In this document: piece after piece, positions 50,001 to 63,519 of the stretch
Numbering within the stretch: position 1 is the stretch's first letter
How the letters are laid out: each line of letters starts with the position of its first letter
Origin: Podarcis erhardii
Taxonomy: Eukaryota
Assembly (NCBI GenBank): GCA_964252035.1
Contig: OZ176200.1
DNA length: 64,000 bases
Strand: one strand, 5' to 3'
Program-made: the position numbers and the translations under genes
Notes under the pieces: model-generated
Databases searched by the model: none
What the model was told of the DNA's origin: nothing
Seen by the model: the letters and a program-made list of their open reading frames with translations, nothing else

Positions 50001-53000
50001 CCCCCCCCCCCCCGCTATCAGTTGTCCAAAGCTAGCCGTAATAGAGAGTTAATTTATTCCGTCTTTTGTTTCTATCACAATCCACTTTTGGTGAACTGCT
50101 AAGCTCTAGTGTACTGACATGAATGCTACATGCACAGTAAAAGCATCTATTTTCAAGCTTTGCAATGAGGATGAAGCCAGAACTGAGGACTGAAGGACAA
50201 CCAAAGGGTACAGGAACACAACAGAGCTGTGAAGACCTTGTTCAAGCAAGGCTTAATGGGAGGAAGCAGCCCTTTTATAATCCAATGACCACTCTGTGGG
50301 GATGTGTCCACCCATGAAATATGAAATTGCCTATGCAGATCCTGTAAGATGCAGCTTAGTGATGCACTAGATGGGGCAGCACCACACATCCCCATTCAAG
50401 CTCTAGCTGCTCCTTCCAGTAATACGGGATTTAAAAAGAAAAGAAAAGTATAAATAGCAAGAAGGGAGGGGGGCAGCATCTGGATTAGGGCCCTTGTGAG
50501 GGTTAGGGGGGTTGCAGCCCTTTGCCTTCCCCACTACAGTTCCAGTCTGGATTGGACCTTGCACCTGCTGCTAGCATCACAAGGAAAGCTCCAGTTGGCA
50601 CCATAGCTAATTTAAGACCAAACACGCAGCTAACTTGTTCTGGATTCAGCTCATTTTAAAGTGTGGTGGAATTGATTTTGACATTCCGAGTTCTTTGTTT
50701 TCGGAACAGTGAATTCAAACCACTTCCATCACACTTCTTATGGCTATAGAATAAACTGTGAAATTGGGGGTGGGGTGGTAAAAGTGTGAACTAATGAGAA
50801 AAGGCAAAAATTCCAGATATAGACCTGTAAGTCTACATACATCCTATTGTAACATATGCTTACATTCCTTCTTAACATCTACCCTGGGCTGGAGAAGTTC
50901 AGATTTTCCTCTCAAACTTTTATTCCGCTAACCAAAGCATATTGCAAGTAAACTGAAGCTAACCAAATTTATGTCCATTTCTGTGCATTTCTATGCACTC
51001 AGCTTTCTGTTTCTCAGTCAGTAGAGTTGCTTGCATGTAGGAATTTACACATGCAGTCCTGGTAAGCAAGGAACACCATGTCAGCCAGAGAGCATCCCTC
51101 TAGTAAAAATAGACCTAGATTCCAATCTGGCTATGTGTAGAGATGGGTGGGTCAGTCAGTTTCTGGTCCCTGCCAATTTTGCATGTGCATTCATTTCATC
51201 CCATCCGCACATTAGTCAGTTATTTAATATATACTTATTTTATCACAAAATATTTAAGTATGCATTTTATCTCAATGTACATATTTCTAAATATATTTTA
51301 TCTAAGCTACACATTTCTATTGGTTTTTGCGGGGGTACAGTTGGAAAATTCAGAGAAGTACGAAATCTGATCCATGAGATGCAAATTTAGGTGGTTTTGC
51401 ATAAAAATGGATGTAACAAAAATTCTAAAACTCCGCCTACAACATAAAACTATGTGTTAGAAATAGGCATCTATGAAATATACTACACTTAAAGATTTGC
51501 AGCATGTAAAAATAGGTTTAACCAGGACCATTGTAGATACTTTTGTGTGCATGAGACAAGATTGACAAACATGTAAAGAATGTATTGCTTTATATACAGC
51601 TCCATGTGTCAGGCAGAAGGGCACAGGGTTTGATATTCTTGGCTAAAACATGTTCAAATGTAAAAAGAGATGAAATTTTCTCATCTAAAACGATGACTTG
51701 CGTCTCTCTCAATGAGACTCAGTGAAATTCTATGCATATCAATGGCACCATGTAAAGAGTAAAGAGTTAAACTGTAACTAATAAAAAATGCCTGTATAAA
51801 CTACCAAGGTAACTGCACTAGGGATGGGATGCTATTGGACTCCAGCCCCTGGCAGCATGACTCATGATCAAGGATGATGAGCCTTTGAGTTGAACATCTA
51901 GACGACCACAGGTTAGCCACCTTTGCTCTAGACGTTATGGGCATTGAATGAAAACAGTAATCTGTAGAGCTGTTTGTCCTGTGTAAAATTTCCCCATCAA
52001 TATATCTATTGTCTAGCAGAGTTGCAGGCTGTTGGGATTACCATTCAAGCCATTGTTCTTGGTGCTCAGCATAAAAAAGCATTCTCTCTCTGTCACCTCT
52101 GAAAATACCTGGCTTAACTTCTTAACATCAGCAGAGGATCTAACCTTTAATTTTATGGTACATTTGGGCATGAACTTCTCTTCCCCATGTTTCTCCATGC
52201 TCGTCAAAGACGCTAAGGGTCGAGCAGCAGTTATGTTTCTGGAGCCTGCCCTGCTGTCAAGATTCCCCAGTCATTTTGTGGAAGGAAACATACCCACAAT
52301 GTCTTCCTCTCATCCAGACTGCTTGTTTTGGTCAGGTGCAAGACTGCAGCTGCCAGCTAATTTTATGTACGTGCAACATATTTATTTAACTGCATATAGG
52401 GGTTTTCAAAAAATTCTGTAATAGTGGGGCAGCTTGCTTTTGCAGAAGGAGGTTACTGAAAACACACTGATGCAGTTGTCAAAAACATGTTTTTTAAAAT
52501 GTATTTTGTACATTTCATATAAGCGAGAAGCTAAAGAATTTTTCTTTTGGTTCTGTGTCACTGACGTGTAATAAATAGCACTGCAGTGAGAAGCAGCAGC
52601 CTCATTCACCTTGCATCCATGCAGAAATAACTGAGCTCTTTTCCCTGTGCCTTGAGAAGGGAAGAAAGAGAATTAAAGAAAACAATTGACCTTGACTCGC
52701 ACCCATACTAAAGCATCAGCCTTCAAGAGATTGAAGTCTTCACTGGCTTTGCACTACGACATATGTATTATTACTCCAAGTCATTCAACACAGAGTATAA
52801 AAGTGTGTCTCCCTTCTCTTTCACAAGACTGCGAGCCGTGGCAGGTAACTTGTTTTCAGCCAGCATAATCCAAGAGAGTTCAACTGAACAAGAGAGTTGT
52901 TCTCTTTGCGTACTGTAATTCTTTGTGCAAGGAACTGTATGCAAAACTAGCTATTTCTCACAAAACCTTAAGGTTCTTCAGAACCTATTAGGGGAAAAAT

Positions 53001-53649
53001 GACTTGCATTCATGGTTTGTTATGTTTGAAATGAAAAGGCACTTGGTGTGAGTATGTGCAGCGTGTGTACAGGTGTTTTCTTTGGATCTGGCTATTATCC
53101 TTTGTATATAGAAATGTATATACCTCACAGTTTATGAATATTAGCATCTCATTGCTCCACATACTTGGGCGTGAGAGCCAAAGCTGGCTTTTTCTGATGA
53201 TTGCATGTATTGTGCCTAGAACTCACTCATAGGAACATAAGTAAGCTGTCTGAAACTGAATGGCACCCAGCTAAATAGCATTGAATCAGGCAGATTTCTG
53301 ATCCGCCCTCACTTCTGTTGTCCCTTTGCATGTGAGCACGCTGATTGGGCCAGGTAAGCACCCCTGTTTTCACTTCCACAATTGATGTGTTTTTCCTTGA
53401 AGGCATTGGTGTTTCCTGCAACAGTCATAGCATGTATAGTCAGGGCCAGCCCATGATATTTTGCTGCCTGAGGCCAATGACGATATTATGACTCCCTCAG
53501 TTACAGCACCAAAGTTGACTAAACAGGCACTTAATGCTTACCTCAACACTGCTGCAACAGGGCAGCAGCATCTTGCACTGGGCCTGATTGCCACAGGTTA
53601 AGGTAGGTAGCCATGTAGGTCTGACACAGTCAAAATAAATAAAATAATT

Positions 53650-54161
53650 AATTGTCCAGTAGCTCCTTAAAGGTAAAGGTAAAGGTAAAGGTACCCCTGC
53701 CCGTATGGGCCAGTCATGTCCGACTCTAGGGTTGCGCGCTCATCTTGCTCAAGAGGCCGGGAGCCGGCGCTGTCCAGAGACACTTCCGGACTAAGCGGCA
53801 TCTGGCGAGCCAGCACCAGCGCCGCACACGGAAATGCCGTTTACCTTCCCGCTAGAAAGCGGTCCCTATTTATCTACTTGCACTTAGGGGTGCTTTCGAA
53901 CTGCTAGGTGGGCAGGAGCTGGGACCGAACAACGGGAGCTCACCCCGCCACGGGGATTTGAACCGCCGACCTTGCGATCAGCAAGTCCTAGGCACTGAGG
54001 TTTTACCCACAGCGCCACCCGCGTCCCTTAGAGACCAACTAAGTTTGTTCTGGGTATAAGCTTTTGTGTGCATGCACACCAGGTATCAAGAAGTGTGCAT
54101 GCACACGAAAGCTTATGCCCAGAACAAACTTAGTTGGTCTCTAAGGTGCTACTGGACAATT
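53650..54161. mobile_element. Palindromic Penelope-like element fragment (inverted pseudo-LTR pair) with degenerate hammerhead cores
   Basis: After removing the SINE, the arms are near-perfect inverted repeats: ATTGTCCAGTAGC.CCTTAGAGACCAACTAAGTTTGTTCTGGG... versus ...CCCAGAACAAACTTAGTTGGTCTCTAAGGTGCTACTGGACAAT. The centre carries a GTGTGCATGCACAC stem followed by GAAAGCTT. Family assignment is from recall of reptile Penelope ends. Confidence 0.7.
53669..54027 (-). mobile_element. Sauria SINE (young, CpG-rich) nested in a Penelope-type palindrome
   Basis: Reverse complement of the same family: (AAAGGT)n tail at 53669-53692 and head ...CACAGCGCCACCCGCGTCCC. Most CpGs retained. Short TSD (C)CTTA. 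Confidence 0.94.
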
Positions 54162-55528
54162 TTTTAATTTTCCCATAGGTTCATGTATGTAGTACAGGGC
54201 AAACTGTGGCAGACACAGCTCTGTCTTCCAGTCAAGGGAAATGGACAGGAGGAATGACCAGGCATTGTTCATACATATTGTTGCCCCCTAACACCCCATA
54301 GTATCTGTGGCTTGAGGTGGTTACTCCACTCTACCTGCCAGTAGGGCCAGCCCTGCATGCAATGTTGTCCATAGTTTGTTGTGAGCCCGGGATTTGGGTA
54401 GCTTTAGTGGATAATGTGTATGGTTTTTGGATGCTTTGAAGTGCGCTATTTTTCTTTTGAAACAAGATAAAAGGAAGGTACCTGCAAGCCTTCTAGCTAT
54501 TAACAAATATAAATCTATTTGGGCAATAAAAATAATGGGCTTATTGGGTTAAGAGATTTTATAGAAGATGAGATACTAATTAACTGAAAACTTTCTGTTA
54601 CTTCTCTCTAGTTGTGATTTGTCTTTCATTAAATGGTTTTAAGCAAATGAGCATTGATATTTTTCCCTTTATCATTTCAGCATGTATTCTGTAATTCTGA
54701 CCTCCCATTATTCTGTAAAATTAGATTTGTGTGCAATACATTTGGTAATTATCTGTGTTTATTTTTATTGTGAATTTTGCAAAGTGTTTTCTCTTACTGG
54801 ATCTTCAAAGCTGATAGCCAGTTCCTATAGATTGCCCAAGTTTCTTGTAGTGTCCCTCTCACATTCATTCCAGACCAAGAACCTGTCTGTGTTTTTCAGC
54901 CTCAGATGCTTGTGGATTTCCTATAGCAGCAGGAAAAGAACATCTCTAATTCAGGCCTAATGTCAAGATGCGGTACCCTTAGTTAGCTAGGTTTGAACCA
55001 TCATTTTAATTTATCACAATGTCATTCACCTAGTGTCAGTCCAGGGCATTGTGTTGCTTGAAACCAGGTTGAAATGATTCCAGGTAATCCTTTTTCCTTC
55101 AACTACATCTGACCCCGACCACCCACCACAGGTAGTGACCTTGCCCAGCCCCCTATGGTTTTTAAATATATAGATCCCTAGAATTTGTTATTATTCATGT
55201 ACAGTGAATGAGGCTTCCACCCATTGCAGTGTTGAAAAACAATGCATTTGATAACCAACAGCTAATCCATATTTTTGTTATGAAATAAGCTTCCATGTGA
55301 TTAGGAAGTATCCTGGCAATACTATGAGTTACTTTGATTTTATTGAATTGTATTAATTGTTTTGATAAATTTATGGTTTGCTTTATATGCTGTTGTGTTT
55401 GATATGATATTGACTGCAGTGTTGTTGTTGTTTTAATGCTATTGTGATTATTGTGAGCTGCTCTGAGTTCAACATTTGTTGTTGGAAAAGTGGAATACAA
55501 ATATAAAATCAGCTCAGTTCAACACATT

Positions 55529-55767
55529 GGAGAAGGGCCAGAGCTCAGTGGTGGAGCAGCTGCCTTTGTCTGCAGAAAGTCCTAAATTCAGTCCCAGGCA
55601 TCTCCAGGTAGGGCTGCGACAGACTTCTGTCTCCCTTGAACCCTCCAGAGCTGTGGCCAGTCAGTATGTGAACCGCCCAGAGACCTGCGGGTATGCAAAT
55701 TTAATAAATAATAATAATAAAGACAGTATTGAGCTAGCTGGACCAATGGTCTGACTTGGTGCAAGGC
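55529..55767 (+). mobile_element. Squam3-like tRNA SINE with a short LINE-tail insert
   Basis: Head GGAGAAGGGCCAGAGCTCAGTGGTGGAGC...TTCAGTCCCAGGCATCTCCAGGTAGGGCTG and tail GAGCTAGCTGGACCAATGGTCTGACT. Interrupted at ~55668-55720. Confidence 0.75.
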
Positions 55768-57219
55768 TGATTACAGCATTGGTGGTGCTGCCTGCCACTG
55801 CCACTGAAAGCGCAGGATGAGCTCCGCAGGGCACTATGGTGCGAGAGAGAGCGGACCCCCAGCAAGCACTCTGCTCTGGCCCCCTCAAGCCTGGGGCAAG
55901 CCCTGGACCTTTTGCATGCAGAACCTGTGCTCTCTCACTTTCTAATTGCTCCATAGGGATGTCTGTTTGGATAAAGAAAATCTTTTCTGCTAAAGATTTC
56001 ATGGATTCCATTTGAAAAGATAGATATGTATGACCTCGCTATAAGGAAATGAGAGATTTGCTAAATGTATCCAGCCCTTTAAGGCAGATAAAAAGAATTT
56101 CCACCAGTGAATCCTGGCCATCTGGTTGTTTCTTCCTTCCCAGTTGCGTCTTGGGGGCCTTATCACTTCTGTTACACATACTTCCTTCACCTCTTGGAAG
56201 CCTTGGCTCTGCTTTTCATAACATTTACCAGTAGCTGTAAATATTCCAATAATAGACTAGCATTTGCTGCAGTATCATTGGGACACAATGACTATACTCT
56301 GTCATTGGTTTTGCCTAAGAAAGACAAATGCCAGCTGTCATATTGCTTTAGCATCAGGTTACGTCTAAGCGTAGCACTAGGTTTATTTTTAGTGGTTATG
56401 TGTGTGGATTTCTCTTGGTGTGGGTTTTGTCTGCTTCCAAAAGTACTCTGGCTGTTTTAGAAACTTCAACATAACTGCTGTCACACGTGAAATTTTGTTT
56501 GCTATATTTTAAGGGTGCTTGGCATAGGAATGTAGTTTGAAAGATAAGGACCCTGTTTTAATCTTCTATCTGTTTCTAGGTGGTTATAGATGTGCAGATA
56601 CTGGCAGCTGAACTATGAGAGAGCATTCGCCCAAGTCGTTTGCTAGTTGTATGGAATTATTGCTAGGCATTATGTCCATTGTAGTTCAGGGTCTGAACAT
56701 TTAATCCTTTATTGAACTTGCTCGCTAGTTAATCTGGCCACTGGCTTCTGCTTGTTGGGCGAATCAAATATTTTAATTAGGCCAAATTGTGCTGATGATG
56801 TACCATTGCATTGTCTTTTCATTTATAAAGAACTATTTTCCTTGTTGAAGTGATTAGTATAAATCCATGCTTGTATACACCTGCATAATCAGGGGTCCTC
56901 ACCAATACCCTAAATTTGAGCAAAACAGTTTCTTCCTTGTAAAACAGCATTTTGAAATGAGCTTGTCAGTCAGTCACCACAAAGAAAACAAACAAACAAA
57001 AGCAGCCTGGCTTTTTCTTTTCTTTGGAATGCTTCTGAGGGGAGATTTTCCATCTTGTTTTTCTAACAGATTTATTGAAAACTTTTCAGGCCCTATGGTT
57101 CCCCACACAGGAAGTGACACTCCATGAATGACAGCCAGCTAAGCAGAGGCATTGCTCGGCAAGTCTTTTCTGGTACGGAGTTTCCTCTGGCTTGCTCTGC
57201 CTTCCCCAAGCAAAGCAGA

Positions 57220-59556
57220 TGTTGCTTGGAAAAGATAGAGGAGGTTTGGGAAGGAAGCAGGGTAACTTCATTTCATCATCTGAGCCAAATCTTTTATGCT
57301 TAGCCAAAGACCATTACTAATTGTGCAGCGGGACAATAAAAAAGTGTGACACCCTGCATGTGGTGTAATTAAAACACAGCAACCTAACAAAGTAATTCAT
57401 TCAATTAATTTTATTATATAATTTTACTAGAAATCAAACACAAACCAGCTTTACAAACAGGTGTTGCAGAGTGTGAATATTATTATTTCACAATAGAGGA
57501 CATATTTATATGTACTCTATTTCACAAAGAGAATCTTTTATATAGTTATATAAATTAAATTTATAGAAATCTATTATTTCACAAAAAGTATCATCAGTAT
57601 AGTTTTGAAGCAAGCGTGGCTAACCCACAGCTTGATGTATTTATTTAATATTTATTCATTGAGGTTTTGTAGCCCTGAGCTGTTTAAGGCTTTATAGGTC
57701 AAAACCAGCACTTTGAATTGGGCCTAGAAACTAATTGGCAGCCAGTGCAGTCTTGCTTGACTGCTGAATTCTTTGCCAGCGGAAGTTTCTGAACTGCCTT
57801 CAGAGGCAGCCCCACGTATAATGCATTGCAGTTATCTAACCTAGGTTGGACTCTAACCTAGAGGTATTTAAAGCACTAAGGAGTGAACTAAGGGTTACAG
57901 AAGAGAAATATTGACTTTGTACTCAACGCTGCAGTCCTGTGCGTAGGATTGCACCAGAAGCACTCCAGTACAATGCAATAGAGCAGCCGTGGACAGATGC
58001 GCATAAATCTGTGTTAAATATAGAGGAGGCTAATATTAGCCACAGATGAAGAAACCTCCTGGAGCTGTCCCCCTGTACAGAGTTTGGGAGTTTTTATTTC
58101 AGTAGTGCAAAGAATTACTCCTGTCATTTTTGCGCGGACATGGTTTTAAAAATGCCCCTCTCCTCATTTAATTCAGATCCCACTTCTGTGAAGCAGCCAG
58201 TTCATTATTTCCTCTTGGGCATATCATCTTCTAAAATACTTTCCTTCCCCTCAGTGGGGGTTCTGCAGATAAGCCTAGGCTCCCTAATTCACATTGATCA
58301 GTAGGAGAGAGATGCCTGAAAAAGCTGGCTGTGGGATTCCAAATTCAGTGCTGTTCCTGAATTTAAAGTCAGCCCCTCACCCTTGTACTCCACTGTAGGA
58401 ACAGAAAGTTCTGAGACAAAGGCTGGTAAGGAGTTAGCAAGAGATGGAAATGGGGGAAAGGCAGTTGTTATAAATGGATCTCCTCATTCAAAATACCACC
58501 TTAATGTTGCATTAACTTTCTTTTTGCTGTTAGCTTGGCAAGACAAGGTTTGCAATACACTGATGATATGTGTATGATGCTTTATCTTTCTGGGTGACTC
58601 TCCTCCCCCTCCATAATAGTTTCATTATCATGAATTCATTTGGTCGGCTATAGAGCTGTGGAACTAATGAAACAACTGAACATTCAAGGGGATGCCATAT
58701 GTACTTCTGAGAGAGTTTCATCGCAATTCAGTATTAGTTACTGGGCACTTAAAATAAACGGTGGCCAGCTGGGTTTCTACTGATTTATTTTGACTAATTA
58801 TTTTGTGCATTTAATAGGAATAAAGCATTGTGTCGCTATTGTTTCATAAGCACCATGGAGATTAGTTGGGATGAGTGGAAGTTGTCTAAGGGTGCTTCCA
58901 GATGGGTGCTTCTTGCAGGGTGCTCCTCATGCCTGCATGCATTTATTTTTTGCAATGACCACATAACATGATTGGCATCAAAATCCCAGCCCCTATCACC
59001 CCCATTTTAATTTGGATTTATCATTTCTTGGGCAAATCCAGTAAGTAAAATCAAAACAAAACACGCAAACTGCTGCAAACAACCTGTTCACAATATCAAA
59101 GAGACACATATACAATTTTAAGTCCTTCTCTGGAATCATCCTAAACAATGCTGGTTTATTGGGTAGCACACCTTGAATTACTTATTGGGATGAAACAATC
59201 CCATGTCTGCAACTTTCCAGGTAACACAGCTATTGGGGCAGGGGAATACAGAAATAAGATAGACAGGGCTTGTGTGTAGAAGGATGAACTTCTATAGTTA
59301 AACTTACATATAGTTAAACTTACAAATAATTTTTACTTCTGCAGGCCTTGGGGTTATTCTAGTCCCCATCCCTAGATGATCAGTTTTTATTTTTTAAAGA
59401 AGTCTCTTGTGGTGGTATAAGGAAAACCATTTAGGTAATATTCTAGCCAGCGCTCACCAATAAGTAATGCAATTAAATAGCTTAAATAAGCACAATATTC
59501 TGTGTTGCTTGGAAAAGATAGGGGAGGTTTGGCAAGGAAGCAGGGTGACTTCATTT
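57220..59556 (+). repeat. 54-bp dispersed direct repeat (57220-57273 and 59503-59556)
   Basis: 51/54 identical by direct comparison. Confidence 0.85.
57640..57850 (-). mobile_element. L2-like fragment
   Basis: GCTTTATAGGTCAAAACCAGCACTTTGAATTGGGCC...GGCAGCCCCAC...GCATTGCAGT. A related minus-strand fragment lies at ~60320-60600. Confidence 0.6.
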
Positions 59557-59681
59557 TTGACTATTCTGCAATTATTCCCTATATCACAATATTTCTGGCT
59601 ATTGGACTGGGCTTGATAGATCCAGGTTCCACACAAATGGGTCTACATTTTGAGCCAAGGAAGCATGTGAAGAAGAACCTC

Positions 59682-60316
59682 TGTGAAACAGACAAACTGT
59701 TTTCAGGTACCCCTGACAGGAGTAGGTGCCAGGAGCTGGTCAGCAATAACTCACACACTTTGGTGAAATTTAACTCTTGGTTCAAAGTGACAAGACAGTT
59801 CAGGAGACCAGGCCTAGTGAGCACCGCAACTCTTCCCGCTAGAACTTGCCCCATGAGCAGCTGCAGGGACTGAAAGTCCCCACTTTCCCACAGCTCTCTT
59901 AAGTCTCCTCCTCCCCTGACTCCTTCCCAAGCAATCCGAGATTCCATTGTCTTTTCTGTCTTAGCTCTGCACTCTTCACACCTCTTTGGGTTCTGGGTGA
60001 CCAGGGGGAGGGGAGCTGCCTATTGCAGGAGGGGGAGACAGCCTGGCTTCCTCACCACCCTGACTTATCTCTGCCTCTTGGCCCCGCTCTCTAGCCTCTT
60101 CTTCTGCCTCTGCTTCTGGGCTGCTCTCTGCCCCAGCCTGTTCCTGCCCACTAAGCCCTGTTACCTCTTCCGCTTCTGACACCTCCTCCTCCCAGTCTGC
60201 TCCCTCTTCTCCCCCTGGCCACTCATTGTCATCCCACCACCAATCCCCGGGCTCTGAGCCTTCTTCCCTCAGGGGTTCCCCAGCTGGTACTTCCCACCAC
60301 TCCTGCATTCATGACA
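59682..60316 (-). mobile_element. Probable solo LTR (Gypsy-like)
   Basis: Starts TGTCA on the minus strand at 60316, has a GA-rich U3-like segment and a candidate ...TTTCACA end. No TSD resolved, and the left boundary is uncertain. Confidence 0.55.
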
Positions 60317-62249
60317 CTATCCCAAGCCATGTAAGGTCATAATGAGCACTTCGAATTGAGCCTTGAAACATACTGGGAGCCAGCACAGTTATGATCACTC
60401 AGCCCCATTTAACAGCCTTGCAGCTGTACTTTGAACTAACTGGAGTTTTCGAACCGTGTTCCAAGGCAGCCTCACATATACATCACATTACAGTACTTTA
60501 ATCTCTGAGGCCAGGTTACCTTTCTCCAGGTAGGATTGCAGCAGATGGACCAGCCTAATCTCATAGAAAGCCTCCATATCACAGAGGCAACTTGTACCAC
60601 CAATGGCGAAGGTGGGTCAATGAAGGACCACCAGACCCTGGGCTTGTTTCTGCAGGGGTGTGTGGGTGTATGTATATATAACCCAGTCCATCCAGCAGAG
60701 GACACATGGGCAGATGAATCTCCCACCAGCAGGACTCCATCTCCTCTGGATTCTGTTTATTTGCCCCCATCTGTGAAGGCTAAAAATGTACAGAATGAGA
60801 AACATCCATCCATGAGACCTGCTGTTGAAACCCAAAGATGCACTTTATAGGCAGGGGCTTTGTTTTGGTCCATGCCCTAACAACATTTTCTGTGTTCCGT
60901 GGTTCACTGTTGTGTATTAATTAATGTTCAACTAGTGCTTAAATAGGATTATAATGGAACAGTGGAAGCGCTTTTGAAAGCCACACAACCAGTCCATGAA
61001 TTCATTATGAGCGCAGCAGCTTTGATGAATACCAAACTAATTCAGAGTGATGTGATGCTCACAATCCAAATATTGCCTGTGTCATTAACCATTACATACA
61101 CACTTCTCACTATATTTGGAAAAGTGTGCTTCTTAACACCTGCAAATGGACTTTATCCTCAAGTGTGTATTTCTCCTACCTTGACAGTTCTTACATGAGA
61201 ATACAGCTTAATTGCCTACCTGTCTCTTTCACAGTAATGAGATGCACAAGTAAGAAGCAGTTGTAAAGTTGATGTAAATATAAACGGTTCATAATGGAAA
61301 TTCTGTAACTGTAGGTTGTCTTATAAAAGTGACAAGTAATTAATAAGAAAGGGCTGTGATTTAAAGCTCATGACATGAGGAGGCAACAAAGGAAAGGGAA
61401 ATGACTGAAAATATCTCTTGTATATCAAATAATTCTCGCTTACTCAAAGTTCAGATACTGAGTTTCTGAGTCAAGATATGTTTGAAAAGATGCTGTCATA
61501 CTAAAAAAATATTGTTGGTTTTAATCATTATGAATGCACACGGGGCTTTTACACATAGTTACATTTATAGGATTCAGCCCCACTTTGGGTTATTATTCTG
61601 TGCTGCAAAGGATATGTTTTCCCTAGCCAGGCACTGTAGCCTTCCTTTGTGCATTTGCCAAGTAGCAGGGTGTGCTTAGATAAAACTCTGGCGGGATCTC
61701 ACCAGAAGCCACCACCACCTGCCACTTCTCCAGTGGCATGGGCGGGGTGCCTGCAAGGGGATTCTGCCACCTGAGGCAGCTGCCTCAGTTTGCCTCATAA
61801 GCGGGCCAGCCCTGCTGCCCAACCTCATTTTTACCAGTTCCATTGCACTGATGCCACATGTCACCTGTAGTGCTGCATGGCATTCCTAGGGGCCATGGTT
61901 CCATGGTGGCATCTCCTGGTAGGACTGGGAAAAATTCCTGACAGGACCTCTGGAAACCCGATGCCTGTTGACTAGACAACACTTAGGTAGATGGACAAAT
62001 TGTGTGACTTGGTATAAGGCAGCTTCCTAAGTTATTTCTGTGTGAAAGTGTGGTAGTCTTACTGCTCGAGAGGACTGCCTTGTTGTGTGTTGGAAGGGAA
62101 TACCCTTTCCAGTTTTAAGGCCCCAAGAGTGTATGTGAGAACTGCAGTTCTCCCTCTTGAAATTGGCTTCTTCCTGCCAGTTTCTGAAATGCCTTGCTGC
62201 GTTTTATTGCATTTTCAGCACTGTGGTGGCACAATGGGCAAAGGGGACC

Positions 62250-62320
62250 TTGTGGCACCTTAAACACTTAAACGTTTATTGTGGTATATCAGTCAGAGGC
62301 TACTCCGTCAGCTGCTTGAA
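62250..62320 (-). mobile_element. Degenerate Penelope-type terminal fragment
   Basis: CTTGTGGCACCTTAAA...TTTATTGTGG resembles the arm at 54028-54161. Confidence 0.35.
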
Positions 62321-63519
62321 GTAGACCTCAGTAGGCAGGAATATCTGCAGGAGGATCAAAGAGAAGGGGCAAGGGGGGGAGGGCAAGGGCAGGAGTATGC
62401 AGCGCACAGTTGAAAAAGAGATCCAGTCAAAAGAGTAAAATACCCCTCAATGTTTTCCACTCCCAGCTGGCAATGAATTGACAAACAGAATATACGTATT
62501 GTACAGAAGAGGGACAATTACTTTCTAGCTACTTTCTAGTAGTGAGCTAGCCACTCTAGTGAACCCAAGTCTGATAGTGTCAATTTGTAAATTAAGTTCA
62601 CTTTATGCAGCTGTGTGATCCTCTGAGATTTCACATTTCTGTGGAAATGCTTAATAGCCTGTTGGAGATTATTTGCAGCACCTGTTGCCAAAGACTGAAC
62701 CTACATGGGCTTCACCTCCTGCCTGATGAACTTCTGTGCAAATTTAGACCAGAATTTACTCTCTAATGCCCAAAACAGTTTTATTTGTAGGACTTTCATT
62801 GTAGTAGGTTGGATGCCATTGGAGAAAAGGAACAACGGCCTAATGCATCTATTTAAATTGGGAGGTGTGTTTCCATTAAGCTGATTTTGGTTCAGCCCCC
62901 CCCCCATGTTGCCAATGTTTTTGTAATAGCCTTTAGTGTTGCTTATAATGATGGCAAAAGAGCTCATCGTAGTAAAAGTAGCATTTCTTTAAAAGTAGAC
63001 ATTGCCCCTTTAATTTAGCCCTTTTTGATATTTATTAATGTATTGAAAAAAATGCTCATCTGGCTACTGTTTTAAGTATATATTAATCCTCGCTCTCGTC
63101 AGAAGAACTTCTGATTAATGAAGTGTTCTAGAAGTGTTTGCAGTTGGCCTATTGCTATTTAAATGGAACATTAATGGAATTCTACTGGCTTCCCAACGTC
63201 AAATCTATTTACTGTACTGGTTAGCCCATCTGATCCCAGTTCAGACAGCACAAAACAACGGTTAAAAATAGAGAACAGGTTTGCTCTCAGGCATTGGCAG
63301 CTGGGTCTACCTTTCTGCACTTGGCACTTTTTAAAATGCCTTACCAGGCCAGCTATGCAAAACAACTGGGGAAAAGAGGGTGTTGATGTTCCTATGAGAA
63401 ATGTTGTTATTATTACTGTAATTTCAAATGTGCAACCACATTTTTATAGGGTGCATTTCACCTTAGAGTACAGTTGGCCTTGCAAACAGATGTTCCCCAA
63501 AGTATTTTGATAAGAGCAA

